This document shows, piece after piece, positions 1 through 10,376 of a stretch of 64,000 nt of DNA. Positions within the stretch are counted from its first letter, which is position 1; the number at the start of each line of letters is the position of its first letter. This DNA comes from a virus. The stretch covers positions 1-64,000 of the IMG/VR virus record IMGVR_UViG_3300005541_000008. One strand, 5' to 3'. The notes under the pieces were generated by a model. That model did not search any database and was not told the origin of the DNA. It saw nothing but the letters and a program-made list of their open reading frames with translations. Both the position numbers and the translations under genes were made by a program.

Positions 1-2
1 CC

Positions 3-848
3 TCAGAATTGGGTATACCAAAATTGGGCGTCCACCGCCTGAGCCGCCGAGAGATTGATGCAGACCGCCTGGCTCGCCGGGGTCGACCAAACTACATTCG
101 AAGGCGGAGCAACGTTCTGTCCCACCGGCGCGGATGAAGTCGCAGCTTGAAGGGGAACGGCAACCGAAAGGTCAGACGGAGAAGTGGCGCAGTTCACCCC
201 CGTCCCGTAAACCAGCTTCGCCGTGACCGCGGTCGTCGAGGCAGAGTTAACCGTGAAGCCGCAAATATAGACCTTCGTGCTCCCCGAAGCGGCCACTTCC
301 TGCGTGCTGCCCGAGGTCGAGAAGTTATTTATGGGCAAGAACTTATCACATATAACCTGTCCCGTAAGGTTGCCGGAAGCGTCCCCTCCGATATAAACCG
401 CCCCGCTCGGCACCCCAGAACCCGTTGCGCCCTGGCCCCAGTTTGCGATGGCCGTATTATCGGAAGCAAGGTTGGCCCTTATATTACCAGCTCCCGACAC
501 CCCATTCCCGACTGCCGTGGTAGTTCCTGCAACCTGCGACAGATTTACCGAGGCGTTAGCCGGGATATTAGCCGTGATGGTACCCGCTACAACATTAACC
601 TTGATCCCATTCGTGGCATCGCCAAGCGCCCTAACAAAACTCGTACCGTTCCAAAGCATTGGTGCGAACATAGCAACACCGTTCGTTGCACCGTCTCCAA
701 AGGAGGCGTCTTTCAAATTCGTCCACACCGTCCCGTTGGCAACCGCAAGCCCTGCTATAGTCTGAACGGCGGCCCTAACAAAAACCGTAGCGACCATCCC
801 CGCTAACACACACCCAGCAACCAGCGCTGTCCACTTTTTAACGCTCAT
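3..848 (-). CDS. Putative virion/spike protein with N-terminal signal or membrane anchor
   Basis: N-terminal MSVKKWTALVAGCVLAGMVATVFV hydrophobic segment; Gly/Ser/Thr/Asn-rich beta-type body; within the minus-strand structural operon. Confidence 0.55.
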   Translation of the reverse strand: MSVKKWTALVAGCVLAGMVATVFVRAAVQTIAGLAVANGTVWTNLKDASFGDGATNGVAMFAPMLWNGTSFVRALGDATNGIKVNVVAGTITANIPANASVNLSQVAGTTTAVGNGVSGAGNIRANLASDNTAIANWGQGATGSGVPSGAVYIGGDASGNLTGQVICDKFLPINNFSTSGSTQEVAASGSTKVYICGFTVNSASTTAVTAKLVYGTGVNCATSPSDLSVAVPLQAATSSAPVGQNVAPPSNVVWSTPASQAVCINLSAAQAVDAQFWYTQF

Positions 849-963
849 TAGAAACGCCTCCGTATATCACCGGTCCGAGCCGCGTAGACTCCCAGTTCTC
901 GAAGAGCGCCATTCCAATAAACAGCGCCATAATCGTCAAAATCGCCAAGATCACGATCTTCAT
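838..963 (-). CDS. Small single-TM protein (41 aa, not in ORF track)
   Basis: Read manually: MKIVILAILTIMALFIGMALFENW...; overlaps both neighbouring genes and fills the gap. Confidence 0.45.
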   Translation of the reverse strand: MKIVILAILTIMALFIGMALFENWESTRLGPVIYGGVSNER

Positions 964-2180
964 GTTATCTTATAATAATGATAAGTCGCATCGCCCTGCT
1001 GCAACACCCCAAAGAAGACAGGACACGTTGGCGGCGATGTGTTGTTAATAACCACATTTCCCGGGGTGCGAACGCTAAGATACTGCTGAGTGAAGAGCTG
1101 GGTGAAATGCGTCCCGTCCGTACTCGTGTACACGTAAAGGTTGTCCGCTAAATCCCCGCCGATGAAGTACATTAAATTAGAGTTGGTATTAAACGACGCT
1201 ATAGTCCAAGGGGGAGCGAGCGCCCCTATAATAGCAGGAGAGAAGACCGGCGTTGTCTGTAACCACACTCCCGGAGCTGACGTGGGCGCATGGTAGAAAT
1301 GAAAGCCGTTCGTCGAACTTACAGTAGCATAAAAAGTGCTATTAAACACAGTTCCCGTCGGGGTTGTAGGTATCCCGCCCAACTCGGTTTCTAGAAAGAC
1401 AGGCGTAAAGCTAGCCCCGTTATTGTTCGAGACCACAACCCGAGCGCTATCGGCTTTGCACGTCATAGCCGGAGGACAACCCACATTATTATCCCAATTC
1501 CCGTCCGTCGTAGCAATCAGATTAAGCCCGTCGTAATAAACCAGGGTGTCGTCCGACATAGCGTGCGGGGAGTTGTCGTCCCAAAACCTCGTCCACGTAG
1601 CCGCGCTATCAGTAGAAATGTCAATCTTCATTCCCGCGGTTATTGTACCATTCAAGTACGTAGCAAAACACGTCGTCCCCGAGCAGACTAAAGGCCCTTG
1701 CCCTGTGTATGCGCTCGCAAAATGGGGACCATTTATTCCCGTGCCGTCTACATTCGCGGTCGACCACACGCTGTAGTTATCGCTATACTCCACCTGACAC
1801 GGCAGAGCGTTATCAACACACGTAGCGTGATCGTAAACTACCACCCTACCGCTAGCCAGGGTAGCTACCCCCGAGGCCGTGGTAATACTCCCCAGCAGCG
1901 AAGTCCACGTCACGCCGTTATTCGTCGACTTCTTCGCCGTCCCCGCCGTACCAGACGAATTAATACCAAGGAACGTCGACGTTGCCGTAACAAACGAACT
2001 AACACTCACGGCACTCGCTGAGACCTCAGTCACCGCCGAGTTAGGCGCATTACACCCGGGGGTTGGATTGGGCGTTGAATCTACATTACCCCCAAAGATC
2101 ACCTGTATCTGTCCCGTAGCCTTCGCAATAACCGTCAGGCTAAGTAGAAGACATACGATCCAGCTTATCCTTGATCGCAT
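960..2180 (-). CDS. Asp-box (BNR) beta-propeller, putative receptor-binding protein with signal peptide
   Basis: Asp-box-like repeats STNNGVTW, STDSAATW, SNNNGASF, STDGTHF; signal-like MRSRISWIVCLLLSLTVIAKA from ATG 2180. Confidence 0.65.
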   Translation of the reverse strand: MRSRISWIVCLLLSLTVIAKATGQIQVIFGGNVDSTPNPTPGCNAPNSAVTEVSASAVSVSSFVTATSTFLGINSSGTAGTAKKSTNNGVTWTSLLGSITTASGVATLASGRVVVYDHATCVDNALPCQVEYSDNYSVWSTANVDGTGINGPHFASAYTGQGPLVCSGTTCFATYLNGTITAGMKIDISTDSAATWTRFWDDNSPHAMSDDTLVYYDGLNLIATTDGNWDNNVGCPPAMTCKADSARVVVSNNNGASFTPVFLETELGGIPTTPTGTVFNSTFYATVSSTNGFHFYHAPTSAPGVWLQTTPVFSPAIIGALAPPWTIASFNTNSNLMYFIGGDLADNLYVYTSTDGTHFTQLFTQQYLSVRTPGNVVINNTSPPTCPVFFGVLQQGDATYHYYKIT

Positions 2181-2367
2181 TAAACCTTTCATCATCACGC
2201 TTCTCATGCTCTTGAGCCCAAACACTAATCCCGGTAAATTTCCCGTTGATCTGAGCGACGTGTTCAGTGAGTCCTAAAACCAACATAAACATACCGCCGA
2301 CTAACACAGTAAGCACACTCACTAAAATTCCGATCAACATAACCCAAGCATCTGCGGGCACACACAA
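2140..2367 (-). CDS. Small membrane protein with C-terminal coiled coil (holin-like or virion membrane protein)
   Basis: One long TM helix followed by a charged helix. Confidence 0.5.
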   Translation of the reverse strand: MCVPADAWVMLIGILVSVLTVLVGGMFMLVLGLTEHVAQINGKFTGISVWAQEHEKRDDERFNAIKDKLDRMSST

Positions 2368-2373
2368 TTCCTC

Positions 2374-3225
2374 CTATTGGAGCTCAAACACGCTTATTGT
2401 AACTCCCGATGCAGCATTGCTCACACCGAACAATCTCACGTTCGGCCTGAAGTAGAACGTCCGGGTCTGTCCTTCGAGGAGCGGAAAACCGCTTGTCGTC
2501 GTAACACCGCCATTCCCGAGAAAGACGGCGTTCGAAACCCCGGTAGTGCCTCCAGGAAGGCCGTTCTTCAACACATATCCCACCGAGAAGGTCACCCCCG
2601 TTCCGGCCCCTGCGGTGTATGAGATCGCGAAACTTGTGTCAACGCCTAGTGCGCCGAGCGACGCGTAATAAGTCCCAACGCCCGACACTAGGTTGAAGGG
2701 CGTTTGGGTAGTGACCCAGTTTAACGAAACGGGGTCTTGCGATTGCGCGTTTATTGTGATTGTTGAGGTCCCGGCCGTGATATTGAGGAAGAGCGTGAGG
2801 TTTAAGAAGGACGCGACCCCTAACGGGTTTGCTTGTGTGTTGCCGCTTCCCAGTGCAGCCACGGCGGTCGAAGCTAATACAGCCCCCGACCCCGTAAGCG
2901 AGTTCACGGGCGTGGGGTTGAGAAATATATACCCCCGGGCAAACTTCCCGTCGACGATCTGCGTGGGCGTTGTTGTAATCGTTACGGGCCTCGCGGTAAA
3001 CGCGACCCCTATTGCTTGCAGCTCAGTCTGAATCTCGACGTTGTCGTTGATCTGCTGAAGCCACTGATCGCGCATCGCCTGTGCGGGATCGTCAGTCGGA
3101 GGAATAGTCCCTTCGGGGCGTAGGATCTTATTAAGATCCGCAGGCAAACCTCTCTCCCTCAACCCGGGATGCAAGTGCCCGCGCCCTGTCATCGATGGCC
3201 TTACTGTCCCCGTTTTATTCGCCAT
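2374..3225 (-). CDS. Putative penton/spike-base beta-sandwich protein
   Basis: Beta-rich Thr/Gly/Val composition; C-terminal VFLG...GFPLLEGQ...LFGVS segment; downstream of capsid-like genes; likely start ATG 3225. Confidence 0.5.
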   Translation of the reverse strand: MANKTGTVRPSMTGRGHLHPGLRERGLPADLNKILRPEGTIPPTDDPAQAMRDQWLQQINDNVEIQTELQAIGVAFTARPVTITTTPTQIVDGKFARGYIFLNPTPVNSLTGSGAVLASTAVAALGSGNTQANPLGVASFLNLTLFLNITAGTSTITINAQSQDPVSLNWVTTQTPFNLVSGVGTYYASLGALGVDTSFAISYTAGAGTGVTFSVGYVLKNGLPGGTTGVSNAVFLGNGGVTTTSGFPLLEGQTRTFYFRPNVRLFGVSNAASGVTISVFELQ

Positions 3226-3226
3226 T

Positions 3227-4201
3227 TTACTTCCTCGTGAAATACATAACTGCAATTCCCGCCGCTAACGCCCCCGCCGCAATAATCGCGAGCGTAGCCG
3301 TGGACATAGGACCCAAACCCCCCTGTTCTGCCGCGGCGCTAAGGAGATCGCTCTTCGTAAGTGCCTTGCCCTTATTCGCAGCCACCTGCACTAACTGCGA
3401 TGCTGTCGTGTCGGCCTGCTTCGCCGCTTGTAGCGCCTGAGCTTCGAGCAGGATCGCACGGCCCATCGCTTCCTGCTGCGCCCCATAATCGCCCTGCGCT
3501 TGGGCTGCAATCGCCTTCCCGAGCATCTCTTGGTGTTGTGCGTCGAGTGCTGTAGCGTTGGCCTGGTCGTGTCTGTACTTCAACCAAAGCCCTGCCCCTA
3601 CCAGAGCCGCCACAGCCCCAGCCCCTATCAGTGCGCCTTTCGCAACGTCGTTGCCGATGAGATTCGAGTCCATAAACCCGAGTCCTGTGCGTCCACCGTA
3701 GGTCCGGGTCGTGGCTGACAACCCCACAGGCACGTCCGCAAACGCAAAGGTCTCGACCCTCTGCAACCACCCCGGCTCCTCCGTGCGCACCGTGTACGCG
3801 AGATCCGGCGATGCTATAATCCCGAGCTTCTGCATCACGCGTTTCTTGTAGCTCTTCGCGAAGCCCCGGGTGTTGAGCGGCCCTGGTGCTGCAGGAGTCG
3901 ACCCCCTCAACACCATTGCACGGTCTGTGATATCGCTCGCAGTACGGCTAAAGCCCTGGTCCGTGTCGCGAAGATACCTCGGGTAGTATAATGCCCTAAT
4001 CCGTTCCGTGATTCCTTCCGAGGTCATTGTCCCTTTCGACCTCTTCTGGCCCCACGCAGGCCGCCGCATCACCCACTGACGCCGTCGGATTGCCCCTAAG
4101 TAAGAGTAGTTAGGCTGACTAATCACAGCGCCCTGGGTAATAGCTTCCTGCCCCTTTGCAACGTCCTGCGCAAACTTCCCGATGCTCCCGAATGTGCTCA
4201 T
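3227..4201 (-). CDS. Virion membrane-associated protein
   Basis: Basic N-half, internal TM (GALIGAGAVAALVGAGLWL), Ala/Gln helix, C-terminal TM followed by TRK. Confidence 0.55.
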   Translation of the reverse strand: MSTFGSIGKFAQDVAKGQEAITQGAVISQPNYSYLGAIRRRQWVMRRPAWGQKRSKGTMTSEGITERIRALYYPRYLRDTDQGFSRTASDITDRAMVLRGSTPAAPGPLNTRGFAKSYKKRVMQKLGIIASPDLAYTVRTEEPGWLQRVETFAFADVPVGLSATTRTYGGRTGLGFMDSNLIGNDVAKGALIGAGAVAALVGAGLWLKYRHDQANATALDAQHQEMLGKAIAAQAQGDYGAQQEAMGRAILLEAQALQAAKQADTTASQLVQVAANKGKALTKSDLLSAAAEQGGLGPMSTATLAIIAAGALAAGIAVMYFTRK

Positions 4202-4204
4202 GCA

Positions 4205-5020
4205 TCACCCCTTCTCGTAAAGCTTGACCCCGTGGAAATTCATCTCGATGCTGTTCGTCGCCCCTGAAAAATCCTGTACAGTCACGGCAATGACAGAGCG
4301 CCGCTCAATAAATCTCGGAGAAGGAAGGATATTCGGGAACATTCCACACCCCACCATATTATCAATATGCACCGGCGAGTCCATCCATTGCCTATCGCGC
4401 GCGGAGTCCTTAATCGTCACGAGCGCCTGCCCCGTCCGCGACCCCGTGATCTTGTACACGAGAAAGTGCGAGTCCGCGTCCGTGGGAATTCCCGCCGAGA
4501 ATGTGCTGTTCGCCGAGACGCTAATCAACCCCGACACATCAATCGGATACGTGTACGGGACCACAGCCCCCCATTCCTTATCCCAAGGCGCCTTACCCGG
4601 CCTAATCTTCGATCCGTGGAAGGAGAGGTAAAAATCATAAGCGGCGAGGTTTGCGAAATCTGCAGCCGAGACCGTGAAGGAGGTCGCGCCACTAATAATA
4701 TACGGCCGCGCCCAGATAAAAGGAATGAAAGAGTTCGGGGACCTATCAACCCCTTGGATCACCGAGCCGTCTTGAAGCCCCGCGATCGATCTCCCACCGA
4801 TCGTTCGGATATCCTCGGTGGCTTTCATCAAAAACCTCCCGTTCGTGTCGTCGCGATATCTTACCCTCGCACGCGCAAACCCCGGGAAGTACATGGTCTT
4901 TATAAACTCAAAGTCCGCATCCGTGTCGATCCTAATCTCGTTATCCGTAAACGCTACACCCGTGCCCGGCGCGAGTGCTGTGAACTTCGTACTATATGTA
5001 TACGACTCCTTCCAACTCAT
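4205..5020 (-). CDS. Capsid-like protein with two internally repeated beta-sandwich halves
   Basis: Repeat pairs IDTDADFEF/PTDADSHFL, RYRDDTNGRFLM/TIKDSARDRQWM, FHGSKI/FHGVKL; adjacent to the putative MCP. Confidence 0.6.
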   Translation of the reverse strand: MSWKESYTYSTKFTALAPGTGVAFTDNEIRIDTDADFEFIKTMYFPGFARARVRYRDDTNGRFLMKATEDIRTIGGRSIAGLQDGSVIQGVDRSPNSFIPFIWARPYIISGATSFTVSAADFANLAAYDFYLSFHGSKIRPGKAPWDKEWGAVVPYTYPIDVSGLISVSANSTFSAGIPTDADSHFLVYKITGSRTGQALVTIKDSARDRQWMDSPVHIDNMVGCGMFPNILPSPRFIERRSVIAVTVQDFSGATNSIEMNFHGVKLYEKG

Positions 5021-5053
5021 CCGCTGATCCTCCTCCTCACTGCCAGTGAAGGT

Positions 5054-5086
5054 TGGGACCCGAGCCGTTGAATGACCCGGGTCCCA
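5054..5086 (-). promoter_or_regulatory. Intergenic stem-loop between the two capsid-like genes
   Basis: 9-bp perfect inverted repeat TGGGACCCG...CGGGTCCCA; no U-tract, so more likely a stabiliser/attenuator. Confidence 0.45.
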
Positions 5087-5108
5087 GCTTTGATTGCGTG
5101 TTGCGTGC

Positions 5109-5795
5109 TCAGGTAGGACGTCTCATGAACCCTTGGAGCACAATCCCCACGTCCATGGCCCCCGTCAGCGTGACCGTGCCGTCGAAGTCCATTACGACCG
5201 AGAAGTTCTCGTACGGGTTCAGGGTGATGTTGATGGGTAGGGGGTACCACTTGATCCCTTGCCCACCGCCAGCCCCTTGCGCCGTGATCGTAGAGTTGTT
5301 TGCGGTCGTCGCCACGGAAGAGATCGGGTTCTGCTCAGGGAAGTTGGTCAAGGGAAGAATGAGGATGTCCTTGTCAACGATCCTGAAACGCAGAAATCCA
5401 CCCGTGAAGAAAAGATCCCGGTCCGCGGAATTCGTGACCGAGTTCTTTGTCCCGTGCACGATCATCATGGAGATGCCGATGAACTTAAAGAGCTTCGTCG
5501 GAACAACCCCAGCCTGATCGAGGTTTGTGTCGCGGAACGTTTTCGTCTTCGAAGCAGGGGCCGCGGTACCCGTGATTAGGGTCGCGGACTGCCCCTTAGG
5601 CGTCGAGAAGAATGCGTACTCAGAGCTCAGAGAGCCCCCGGCCGACACCAGGTTAATTCGGTCGTAGAGCGGCTGCCAGAGGTCCTCCGGCAACTCGGGC
5701 CTCTGTACCCGTGTGACTTGCGATTTCAGGGGGTCTCCGACCACCTGCATGCGTTGCGTCCCGTATCCGACGGGATTTGTTTGTCCGAAAGGCAT
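5109..5795 (-). CDS. Putative single jelly-roll major capsid protein
   Basis: 228 aa, all-beta pattern (WQPLYD, DTNLDQAG, ITLNPYENFSV, LQGFMRRP); strong RBS; followed by a hairpin; paralogs elsewhere in the window. Confidence 0.65.
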   Translation of the reverse strand: MPFGQTNPVGYGTQRMQVVGDPLKSQVTRVQRPELPEDLWQPLYDRINLVSAGGSLSSEYAFFSTPKGQSATLITGTAAPASKTKTFRDTNLDQAGVVPTKLFKFIGISMMIVHGTKNSVTNSADRDLFFTGGFLRFRIVDKDILILPLTNFPEQNPISSVATTANNSTITAQGAGGGQGIKWYPLPINITLNPYENFSVVMDFDGTVTLTGAMDVGIVLQGFMRRPT

Positions 5796-5885
5796 TTTAC
5801 CCTCTCATCTCTCCCCTTCAGTGAAGAGGAAAAGAAGCAGCCGACAATGCGGACTTACCGAAACGTCAAACTAAAGCTCTGCGCC

Positions 5886-6977
5886 CTAGTAGACGAGCTG
5901 CCCGGGAGCAACGTACGCCCCGAGGTCAGAGAAGCGATCTCCAGACGGGAAAGCCCCTGCCTCTGCAAAGCTTCCCTCAGCCGCAGGCGCGAGTGAGGAG
6001 CCCCCTTCGAACTGTTCCTCGGGCTCTCCAAAACTCTGATACGCCAAAGGAACCCCGAAGTCGCTCAGGCCGAACATTCCCTTGAGTACGTACTCCTTGA
6101 CAACGTCAGCGATAATGATGGAGCCGCCAACGATCATCCAGATCGTGCCGTACCCTTTTCTCTTGAAGACCATGTCGACGACCATTCCGCCCCCAATTGC
6201 CATAACGGCCTGGGACGCGTACTTTTGCCACGCACCCGTGCCGAGGAAGCTTGCTGTGAGCGTAGGCGCGACTGTGGTCGCGATCGAAGAAGCGGCGCCA
6301 ACCACCATAAGGGGAAGAGCGTGTTGCACCTTCCCAAACACGGCGGGATTGCGTCTGTAGTAACGCTTCCGGGTGTAGGTGTTACGCCGCGCGTAACGCC
6401 GTCGCGGACGCGGATTTGCCCCTGCGATCATGAGACTCTCTCCAATGTTCCGGCGGTAGCTGCGCTTTCTTCGTCTCCACCCCTTTCTCGCGGCATAAGA
6501 ATGGCGCCTCGAGGAGTCATACCAGGCATTGCGACGACGCTTCCGCCGGCGCTTCACCGGATTATACCACTGCTCCATGGGTATCTTCCGCGCCCTACGC
6601 CGAATTGCCTGATACGCGTAGTGCTGACGTGTCGCGCGCCGCTTTGCGTACGAGCGCCGCTTCACAGAGGGTCGTGCCCGGCGCTTCCTTAAGGACACGT
6701 GTCCCGCACGACGTCTTCGTGCCCATCCCTTCTTTGCGGCCTTTTTGTGGGCAGTGCGATGCCCGGGCCAAGCGTTATACCTCGCCATGTTGCTCTTCCT
6801 CCTTTTTCGCGCAGCCGCCCCTCGGCGAACTGGGGGTAGCGGTCGGGTCTCGTCCGGGCCGCCCCAGTAGCGGGCCGCGAACTTGCGCGTTTGAGCTCGT
6901 GTAGCCGTCAGACGCTTAAGTCGCGTTCGCCTCGGCCGAAAGCGTGCCGGATTTATCAAAAATGGCTCGAGGGGCAT
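5886..6977 (-). CDS. Arg-rich DNA-condensing core protein with C-terminal membrane helices
   Basis: ~200 aa protamine-like Arg/Lys tract with repeated RRN/NP motifs, then hydrophobic helices and an acidic tail; AAGGAG RBS before ATG 6977. Confidence 0.65.
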   Translation of the reverse strand: MPLEPFLINPARFRPRRTRLKRLTATRAQTRKFAARYWGGPDETRPLPPVRRGAAARKRRKSNMARYNAWPGHRTAHKKAAKKGWARRRRAGHVSLRKRRARPSVKRRSYAKRRATRQHYAYQAIRRRARKIPMEQWYNPVKRRRKRRRNAWYDSSRRHSYAARKGWRRRKRSYRRNIGESLMIAGANPRPRRRYARRNTYTRKRYYRRNPAVFGKVQHALPLMVVGAASSIATTVAPTLTASFLGTGAWQKYASQAVMAIGGGMVVDMVFKRKGYGTIWMIVGGSIIIADVVKEYVLKGMFGLSDFGVPLAYQSFGEPEEQFEGGSSLAPAAEGSFAEAGAFPSGDRFSDLGAYVAPGQLVY

Positions 6978-7255
6978 CTTATTTCTCCTTTGCTGGTGGA
7001 TAATTGCCCAGAGCACGACGCCCCAGGCCCCTTGGCCCTCACTGACAGAAGGCAACTCCCTTTTCGGTCATAACACCTTCAAACAATCTCACCGTTACGG
7101 CACGCTTGAGCCTGAACTCCACTTCCTCCCGGGAAACGCGTCGGTCGTCGAGCATCTTACGGAGCGTTGCTGCTTCCTTCTCGATGAGCGCGGCAACCGC
7201 CTTTGCAACGGGCTCGGAGAATGCGTGGACTGTACGGAGATCCTGGTTAGTCATC

Positions 7256-7849
7256 TTACCTTCCAACCTCGTCGTCGCGATAGTGAATCTGCTTGAACAA
7301 TCTCCGCCCTTTTTTCGCAGGCACGAGCAACGACCCCGCCGGCACACGCACCCTCCTCCCACCACTCAACTCGAGGGTTGCGGAGCGATCAACACCCAAG
7401 ATAGGGGTTTTGCGCTTTGTAAAATCATGCCGAAAATTCTCGCCCGGCCAATAAGAATTTTTCCCCTTCCTCGCCTCGATCGCGTGGATGTCGTCGTAGA
7501 CCTCTACGAGGTCGTCGTCTTCGTGTGGAGGGTTACTACTCATCCCCCGGTCGAGCGACTCGCGATACGATCTCGCTTCGGAAAATGCCTGCCCGAGGAA
7601 GAAATCGCGCTTCGCGCCCTTAGCCGCATCCCGAGAGTGTCGTGCCTGACCGAACGCTATCCGGTGGTATTCGGCGCCGGGGTTGGTCCTCGAAATTCTC
7701 AAATCTACATACTCCCTCGCGAGAGTATTCGACGAAAACGGTCCTATAACCCTCTCAAACTCTGGATACGTGCGCTCAGTGGGCTTTGTCGTCGTAAAGA
7801 ATATTCTCGGCCTCTCTCTTCCCGGATATATTCCAACATACCAACTCAT
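7256..7849 (-). CDS. Hypothetical virion-associated protein (IGPF motif, NP motifs)
   Basis: WYVGIY...VIGPFSS is shared with the neighbouring ORF. Confidence 0.55.
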   Translation of the reverse strand: MSWYVGIYPGRERPRIFFTTTKPTERTYPEFERVIGPFSSNTLAREYVDLRISRTNPGAEYHRIAFGQARHSRDAAKGAKRDFFLGQAFSEARSYRESLDRGMSSNPPHEDDDLVEVYDDIHAIEARKGKNSYWPGENFRHDFTKRKTPILGVDRSATLELSGGRRVRVPAGSLLVPAKKGRRLFKQIHYRDDEVGR

Positions 7850-8061
7850 GACGCTTTCCTCCCCACGCGCAAGGAGCGGCGCTTCGCAAATTCCTTCGCG
7901 GCATCATCACTCTTGAACGGCCCTATTACAGAGACGTAGAAAGGAAACTTCTCCTTGGTCATTTTCTTCTTCGACGAAAAGACGCGTCCTTTCCCCGACA
8001 CGAACATCCCTATATAGAAAGCTTTCGTCACGCCGTCGCCCTCCTCCTCCCGAACCACCAA
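7846..8061 (-). CDS. Small paralog of the N-terminal domain of 7256-7849
   Basis: FYIGMF...VIGPFKSDDAAKEFA. Confidence 0.5.
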   Translation of the reverse strand: MVVREEEGDGVTKAFYIGMFVSGKGRVFSSKKKMTKEKFPFYVSVIGPFKSDDAAKEFAKRRSLRVGRKAS

Positions 8062-8453
8062 TTCGCGAACACCAAGCCCCCTACTACGAGCGCCGGCACC
8101 GCAAGGCTCGTAACATCAAAACCCCCAATAGAGAGCGGCGACACCTTCCCTACAACCCTCTGTGCTGCTACCATATGCTTCTCGAGGAGAGTCGCGAACG
8201 CCGCGAGATTTGTGATATCCGTCAACGCATAAGTCCCTGCTTGGACCTGTTGTGCCGAGCTAAGTACCGCGGGGAGTTGCGCCTCGAGTCCGAGCTGCTC
8301 TTGATAAAGGGGCGTTGCGGCATTACGCACGTTGAGATCCGAAGAGAGCGTCGCCTTGTAAAGGGGTTCTTTGAGCGCGAGGAAGGCAGCCGCCTGCGAT
8401 TGAATTTTTGCTACCGCTGCTTCCTGAAGCGTGCCTGTAGGTTGTCCGAACAT
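8028..8453 (-). CDS. Helical protein with C-terminal TM anchor
   Basis: C-terminal LAVPALVVGGLVFANWWF followed by RRR. Confidence 0.55.
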   Translation of the reverse strand: MFGQPTGTLQEAAVAKIQSQAAAFLALKEPLYKATLSSDLNVRNAATPLYQEQLGLEAQLPAVLSSAQQVQAGTYALTDITNLAAFATLLEKHMVAAQRVVGKVSPLSIGGFDVTSLAVPALVVGGLVFANWWFGRRRATA

Positions 8454-8627
8454 AGCGCTAAGCTACCTCCTCCATTCGGTCGTCGAGCCCCGAGACAATC
8501 TCCGCCATCACGTCAACCTTATCCACCCCGTGTTCGTTCGCAATATCCTCGGCCATCGCTTCGATCGTGACCCAAGCCTGCTCACACATCTCATCAACAT
8601 CCTTAAGATACCCCGTAGCATCCCGAC

Positions 8628-9038
8628 TCACTTCGCCTTCTCCTCCTTGCCCGACGGCCAAAAGAGATAAACCAGAAGGACACCCGCCGTGACTACGAGG
8701 GGCATCGTGAAATCAATCCCCCCGAAGTTTAACAACCCTCCCGCACCCGGCGCAAAAGCCCCTTTCCCTCCCACAGCCTTCGGCGACCCGCCCTTTCCCG
8801 GAGACGACACCCCCGCCGGGGGCTTGGGTTTCATAAGACTCAGTGCTGCAGCAATCGTCGTAGGGAATGTTTGCCGCGCCTGCTGCACAATCTCCGCGCC
8901 CACAGCTTGTTGCTGGATATTGTGCCCTATAGTCTCCTGTACCACGCCCGGCCACTGGTCGCTAGAGTAATTCATCTTAATATCCGTGAATTGCTGCGGC
9001 GTGATCAATTTCGCGCTTAGTGCAGCTTCTGGACTCAC
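8628..9038 (-). CDS. C-terminally anchored membrane protein, paralog of 9035-9439
   Basis: SPEAALSAKLITPQQFTDIKM vs TPEIALQQKLITPTQFKEIKM; C-terminal TM. Confidence 0.6.
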   Translation of the reverse strand: MSPEAALSAKLITPQQFTDIKMNYSSDQWPGVVQETIGHNIQQQAVGAEIVQQARQTFPTTIAAALSLMKPKPPAGVSSPGKGGSPKAVGGKGAFAPGAGGLLNFGGIDFTMPLVVTAGVLLVYLFWPSGKEEKAK

Positions 9039-9439
9039 GTCGCCCTCCCCTTCACATACGCCGTGAGCAACGGCGGAAGAAACACATACGCCAACCCAAT
9101 CCCCAGCGCCCCGAGGAGAAGGTACTTAGCATACGAAGACGCAGCCCCCGCTACAGCCCCTGCTGCCTCTTCAACAACCGGCGCATAAGTCTCATACGCC
9201 GCCGTAGCACCCCCGCCGCCCGGAACCATTGCCCCTGCGGTTTCTATCGCCGCCGCAGTGTTTGGGTAGTGTGCTGCGAGATAATCCCACCAGGTCACGC
9301 CACTCGGTAAGGACATCTTAATCTCTTTGAACTGCGTAGGGGTGATGAGCTTCTGCTGCAACGCAATCTCGGGCGTCATACTCGCGGGAACTATACCCCC
9401 GGTGGAGACTTGTGCGAACATCGCTACTCCAAACCCCAA
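9035..9439 (-). CDS. C-terminally anchored membrane protein, paralog of 8628-9038
   Basis: Shared N-terminal motif; C-terminal TM. Confidence 0.6.
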   Translation of the reverse strand: MGFGVAMFAQVSTGGIVPASMTPEIALQQKLITPTQFKEIKMSLPSGVTWWDYLAAHYPNTAAAIETAGAMVPGGGGATAAYETYAPVVEEAAGAVAGAASSYAKYLLLGALGIGLAYVFLPPLLTAYVKGRAT

Positions 9440-10376
9440 AACATTGCGCCGATCTGTTGTCTCTGCTCTTCCAAATACCTACTCGCGATTCCTAATCTCC
9501 TCAGCGCCGCATCAAGAGTCTCTGCAAAGGTAAAGTCCGCCCTACGACTGGGTTGCATGAGCGCTATCTTTATAGCTCGGCCCAACTCGTCGTCGACAAT
9601 GTACTGCACCCTCTGGAGTTCGCTGACGAGACGCTGAGTATCGAGATCGGGGCGTTCTTGATTACGTCTGTACCTCGTATGGCGCACGGACTACTCCTCG
9701 GGTCGCGATCTCATTGCTTCGTCTATAACACGCTCTAAGAGGTCGAGATGCATACTCTCCCAGCTTATCCCCCACCACTTGTGCTCGGCTCTCGCTCTCT
9801 GCGCGATTCGTTCCGACAGTTTCTCGAAAAGCACCTGACCAAGAAGTTTTACTCTCGCGCGGTACTCTTCCTCCCGTTCTACGTTGCGGCGTAGTCGATG
9901 CGGCATCCCGCAGCTCATCTCAATCCCTTCCTACGCATATCACGCAGGATACTCATCTCCGCGTATTAGCTCTTCGAGAGAGTCCTGCATTTTCGATGCG
10001 GTCTGTTCAAGAATGCTTCGAAACTCGTCGAACATTGCTCGCGTGCTACGGTCGAGTGCTTCTTCTTCGGCCATTTCTAAGGCGTGGTCTGCTCGGACGA
10101 CAGAATTGATTGAGTCGTTCAGTAATTTTACAACCTTGCGACTTTCCTTCGGATTGTAACGCCGCGCCCCATACCGGTTAAGATGATGTATCACCGCATC
10201 CCCCTCCTCGCCCTATTAGCCCTCATTCTCTTCACCTCGAAGAGATCAATCGTGCCAAGGGCGCGTGCAAGCAGCCCCGCAATCTTCCCGAGATCCCTAT
10301 CCCCGGGGTCGCTCGCCTGGGCCTCCTCTACCTCTTCGAGTGCATACTCAATCCTCTGCTTCGCCCTTTCAAGCAT
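9424..10376 (-). other. Cluster of four small helical ORFs (9424-9687, 9691-9918, 9940-10194, 10191-10376), three with basic leaders ending in RRN/RYNP
   Basis: YRRNQE, LRRNVE, RRYNPKE followed by charged amphipathic helices; tightly packed. Confidence 0.55.
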
